Origin: Paraspadella gotoi
Taxonomy: Eukaryota > Animalia > Chaetognatha
NCBI GenBank assembly: GCA_051294375.1
Contig: CM119266.1
Coordinates: 1,307,554 to 1,371,553 of the forward strand
Reading direction: 5' to 3'
DNA: 64,000 bases
The stretch's first letter is position 1. Each line of letters begins with the position of its first letter. Positions 47,195 through 64,000 of the stretch are shown one piece after another. The position numbers and the translations under genes are program-made. Under the pieces are notes generated by a model. The model had not been told where the DNA came from. It was given only the letters and a program-made list of their open reading frames with translations, and did no database searches.

Positions 47195-47332
47195 CCTATC
47201 AATAGCGTTTTTGAGATCCGCGATGTTGGGGAATCCCCGGGCGTAGATCGGCTCAAGGACGCAGTGACTCGGCCTGTGGCCCCGGATCTCCACGTTACAT
47301 CCGGGCCAGAAGTACATGATGAACTTTTTCCC
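42907..47332 (-). CDS. ENPP6: ENPP6-like ectonucleotide pyrophosphatase/phosphodiesterase, 3' two-thirds; most Zn ligands substituted; several indels; 5' exons not found in the window
   Basis: Exons ~47332-47196, 47104-47027, 46710-46560, 46432-46320, 45951-45858, 44077-43930, 43116-42907. Motifs MYFWPGCNVEI, NGPDS..LRQID, VNVIVTGSHG, VADE, GYDN..FLAFGP, VDVYNLMCHV..PNNGS and a hydrophobic C-terminal (GPI/TM-like) tail. Confidence 0.85.
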
Positions 47333-47429
47333 CTGAATTTGGAGAAAAGAAAAAGTCGTTGGTTAGAAGTACAGGTTCTTTTTTCCCCCCCGTTTCTTTT
47401 CTCTTTTATTTACTTGTTTGTTTATTTTT

Positions 47430-47505
<76 letters not shown>

Positions 47506-47576
47506 GCTTGCTTGCTTGCTTGTTTGCTTGTTGCTTGCTTTGTTATTCTTTTGTGTTCTTCCCTTCTTTCTTTATT

Positions 47577-47656
<80 letters not shown>

Positions 47657-47815
47657 TCATCCCTTCCTCTTTCCGGAAAGTGCCAGACGATTAAATGACA
47701 AAGTGACTTCTTTTTTAAAAAAGGCTCCTTGCTCCTTAATGTTCTCTGTTCAGTGTTCACTTAATCATTTATCACAAGACAATTTTCTTGGCAAAAAGGA
47801 TTTCCACTCTCTCTT

Positions 47816-60831
<13,016 letters not shown>

Positions 60832-61443
60832 NNNNNNNNNNNNNNNNNNNNGGATTTGCGAAGAAATTGAGTAGAACAAAAATCCGAAGATAAAAAAGTT
60901 GAATACGAAAATAAACGAGAAAGAAAATAAACCAGAAAAATCACGAGGAAAAAAAACTTTTAATTTTAGGGGAAAAAAGCAAAAAAAAAGCAACACAACA
61001 ACAACAACAACAAAAAAGTTTAAAACACGAATCGAAGGCAGAAAAGAAAAAGAAAAAAAAACTTTTACTAATTGATTCATTAAGGAAAAAAAAAGGAAAA
61101 TGAAAGAGAAAAGGAAAAGAAAAAAGAAAGAAAAGGAGAAAAGAGGAAAGAAAAGCCAAAGACTTTGTTGCGATTTCGATTCAAAGAATTTATTTGAAAA
61201 GGAAAAAGAGACAGATATTAAACGGGGATAAGCCGCGGGGAAATATACAGAAATTAACTGACTGAGAGAGCGACTGACCGACAGATGGATATATACGGAT
61301 AGTCGAAAAGACGGACAGATGGATAGGGCATTAAATAGAGAGACAGAGAAACAGACATTCAGATGGACAGATAGATTGAACGAAAGGTAAACGGAGTTGC
61401 AGATGAATAGACATAAATAGGCATAAATCGTTCCGCTTCATAT

Positions 61444-61636
61444 ACAGATTTAATGACCGACTGTCAATTGACAGATTTAATGACCGACTGTCAATTGACA
61501 GTTTTAATGACCGACTGTCAATTGACAGATTTAATGACCGACTGTCAATTGACAGATTTAATGACCGACTGTCAATTGACAGATTTAATGACCGACTGTC
61601 AATTGACAGATTTAATGACCGACTGTCAATTGACAG
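61444..61636. repeat. 27-bp minisatellite x7 containing the palindrome ctgtcaattgacag
   Basis: (acagatttaatgaccgactgtcaattg)n. Confidence 0.95.
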
Positions 61637-61759
61637 GCAAGGACAGACCCATTATGCCAGACAGTTCAACAGTCCGGACAGACAGACAGAGAAGAGAAAC
61701 AAAATGGCGTAAGCGATAAAGATATGATTCCATTGACAATGAAGACAGAAAATAAAAGA

Positions 61760-61803
<44 letters not shown>

Positions 61804-61860
61804 ATCTCTTTGATCTCTGGTCTCGAGAACAAAACAATCGCTTTAGGTCGCCTCTCCCCC

Positions 61861-62725
61861 ATTAGGTCAGAGATAAGGGTAAGGGATTAGGTTAGAGATA
61901 AAGGTAAGGAATTAGGTTAGAGATAGGGGTAAGGGATTAGGTTAGAGATAAGGATAACGGATTAGGTTAGAGATAGGGGTAAGGGATTAGGTTAGAGATA
62001 AGGGTAACGGATTAGGTTAGAGATAGGGGTAAGGGATTAGGTTAGAGATAAGGGTAACGGATTAGGTTAGAGATAGGGGTAAGGGATTAGGTTAGAGATA
62101 AGGGTAACGGATTAGGTTAGAGAAAAGGGTAAGGGATTAGGATAGAGATAAGGGTAAGGGATTAGGTTAAAGATAAGGGTAAGAGATGTAGTCGGGCATT
62201 GCCTAGGTTCACCCCGCCTAGAATCATGACACTTTCAGTTGTGACCCGGTGGCTCATTGAGTAAAGCCATCAGCTCATGACCACTAGGTACCGGGTTCAA
62301 TCCCAACCCGGTACCTACCCTGCGGGAAGCGTGAGGACGGCCGTAAGCCGCCTTGGGGGCATGGCAAACCCTCAAGCCTGGTTCCAAGCCCAGGGACCCG
62401 TTCCATGGCTGCTAGAGGGGGTTATAGAAGTTACAGACAGTCATCTTCAGCCCACGTAGCGCCTTATCCATAGAGATTAGGTTAGAGATAAGGGTAAGGG
62501 ATTATGTTAGAGATATGGGTAAGGAATTAGGTTAGAGATAAGGGTAAGAAATTAGGTTAGAGAAAAGGGTAAGGGATTAGGTTAGAGATGAGGTAAGGGA
62601 TTATATTTGAGATAAGGGTTAGTGATTAGGTCAGAGATAAGGGTAAGGAATTAGGTTAGAGATAAGGGTAAGGGGTTAGGTTAGAGATAAGAGTAAGGGA
62701 TTAGGTTTGGGTTAGGGATTAGATT
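61861..62725. repeat. ~25-bp G-rich satellite containing TTAGG, interrupted by a SINE-like insert
   Basis: (gattaggttagagataagggtaagg)n, more than 20 units. Confidence 0.9.
62188..62471 (+). mobile_element. tRNA-derived SINE-like insertion
   Basis: A-box-like gtggctcattgagt and B-box gggttcaatccc at tRNA-like spacing; flanked by the direct repeat agagat (62182-62187 and 62472-62477) within the satellite. Confidence 0.6.
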
Positions 62726-62984
62726 TAGATTTAGTTATTAATTTTATAAATGAATTCAAAGATTAGGAATATAAATCGAGCGCTTTCGCAAAATGGAGCC
62801 AAAATGTGTTTTCTCATTTATGCAAATGTAAAGGGAATTTAATTAAATTTTATTTAGCTATATATAAACAAAAAAAACAAAGAAACAAAAATAAAAATAG
62901 ATTTCTTACTTCGTCGAGAAACAAAAAGAAATATTTCCGACGAATATCTGACACAAATCTCTCTCTCTCTACCATTCTCATATC

Positions 62985-63280
62985 GTCTGTCATTCTCCTT
63001 CGGTCCTGAAATAATACCTACATGCAGGTCCTGTCATTCTCAATCGGTCCTGTATTTCTCATCGGTCTGTCATTCCTCATGGTCCTGTCCATTCCTCATC
63101 GGTCTGTCATTCTCATCCCTCTGGTCAATTCTCATCGGATCTGATCATTTCCACTCATTGCGGTCTGTCATTTCGCCTACATCGGTCTGTCATTCTCGAA
63201 TGCGGTCCTGTCATTCTCATACGGGTCTGTCCCCATTCTCATACGGTCTGTGTCATTCTTCATCGGTCTGTCATGCTTTT
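62985..63280. repeat. Degenerate ~18-20-bp tandem repeat near the assembly gap
   Basis: (tgtcattctcatcggtc[c])n. Confidence 0.85.
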
Positions 63281-63419
63281 TCCATTCCGCATTGCTTCTT
63301 AGAGCCTTTGGGCAAACCTTGGTCTAACGGTTCGCTCTGGCCCTTCGTCAATTCTCATCGTTTTTTTTCCGAAATTAAAATAACAAAGTTGTCTCGACTC
63401 CCGAGTAAAAAAGGTCAGG

Positions 63420-63891
63420 NNNNNNNNNNNNNNNNNNNNNNNNNNNNNNNNNNNNNNNNNNNNNNNNNNNNNNNNNNNNNNNNNNNNNNNNNNNNNNNNN
63501 NNNNNNNNNNNNNNNNNNNNNNNNNNNNNNNNNNNNNNNNNNNNNNNNNNNNNNNNNNNNNNNNNNNNNNNNNNNNNNNNNNNNNNNNNNNNNNNNNNNN
63601 NNNNNNNNNNNNNNNNNNNNNNNNNNNNNNNNNNNNNNNNNNNNNNNNNNNNNNNNNNNNNNNNNNNNNNNNNNNNNNNNNNNNNNNNNNNNNNNNNNNN
63701 NNNNNNNNNNNNNNNNNNNNNNNNNNNNNNNNNNNNNNNNNNNNNNNNNNNNNNNNNNNNNNNNNNNNNNNNNNNNNNNNNNNNNNNNNNNNNNNNNNNN
63801 NNNNNNNNNNNNNNNNNNNNNNNNNNNNNNNNNNNNNNNNNNNNNNNNNNNNNNNNNNNNNNNNNNNNNNNNNNNNNNNNNNNNNNNNNNN
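63420..63891. other. Assembly gap
   Basis: Run of N. Confidence 1.
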
Positions 63892-64000
63892 AAAACAAAA
63901 AAGAACAAACATTAAATCCTTTCACCCCGTTTTACCCAGCATCCCTTCTTATGAAATCCTGAAAATTAAATATTAATCCAAGTCGCGACGAAAACCGACT

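Noticed and set aside
62247-62320. Functional tRNA gene
   Set aside because: A/B boxes are present but the acceptor and anticodon stems pair poorly, and it lies within a TSD-flanked insert, so it was called SINE-like
63158-63976. Long ORFs near the right end
   Set aside because: They read through the N gap and a degenerate tandem repeat

Overview
Animal (invertebrate) nuclear DNA, with GC-rich spliced exons in AT-rich introns full of microsatellites. Eight intron-containing genes could be rebuilt by hand with consistent splice phases. Five belong to recognisable families: a carotenoid oxygenase (-, runs off the left edge), p130Cas/BCAR1 (-), Lix1/lowfat (+), androglobin (+) and the 3' part of an ENPP6-like gene (-). 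Three are unnamed: a 5-exon membrane protein with an HNH-like GCHTCG..ADHQPP..PQCxxC module (-), a secreted Cys-rich precursor (-) and a small acidic orphan (+). Repeats include two copies of a hAT-type MITE with 8-bp TSDs, DINE/HINE-like elements, a tRNA-derived SINE in a TTAGG-containing satellite, minisatellites and a gap-flanked 6.5-kb tandem duplication that is probably an assembly artefact. Best leads: the toxin-like HNH membrane protein, the ENPP6-like protein lacking most Zn ligands, the androglobin globin domain apparently lacking heme ligands and carrying a Cys-rich insert, and repeated exon-end/donor copies forming AG|GT ratchet-like sites. Several single-base frameshifts look like consensus errors. 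Family comparisons are from memory, not database searches.
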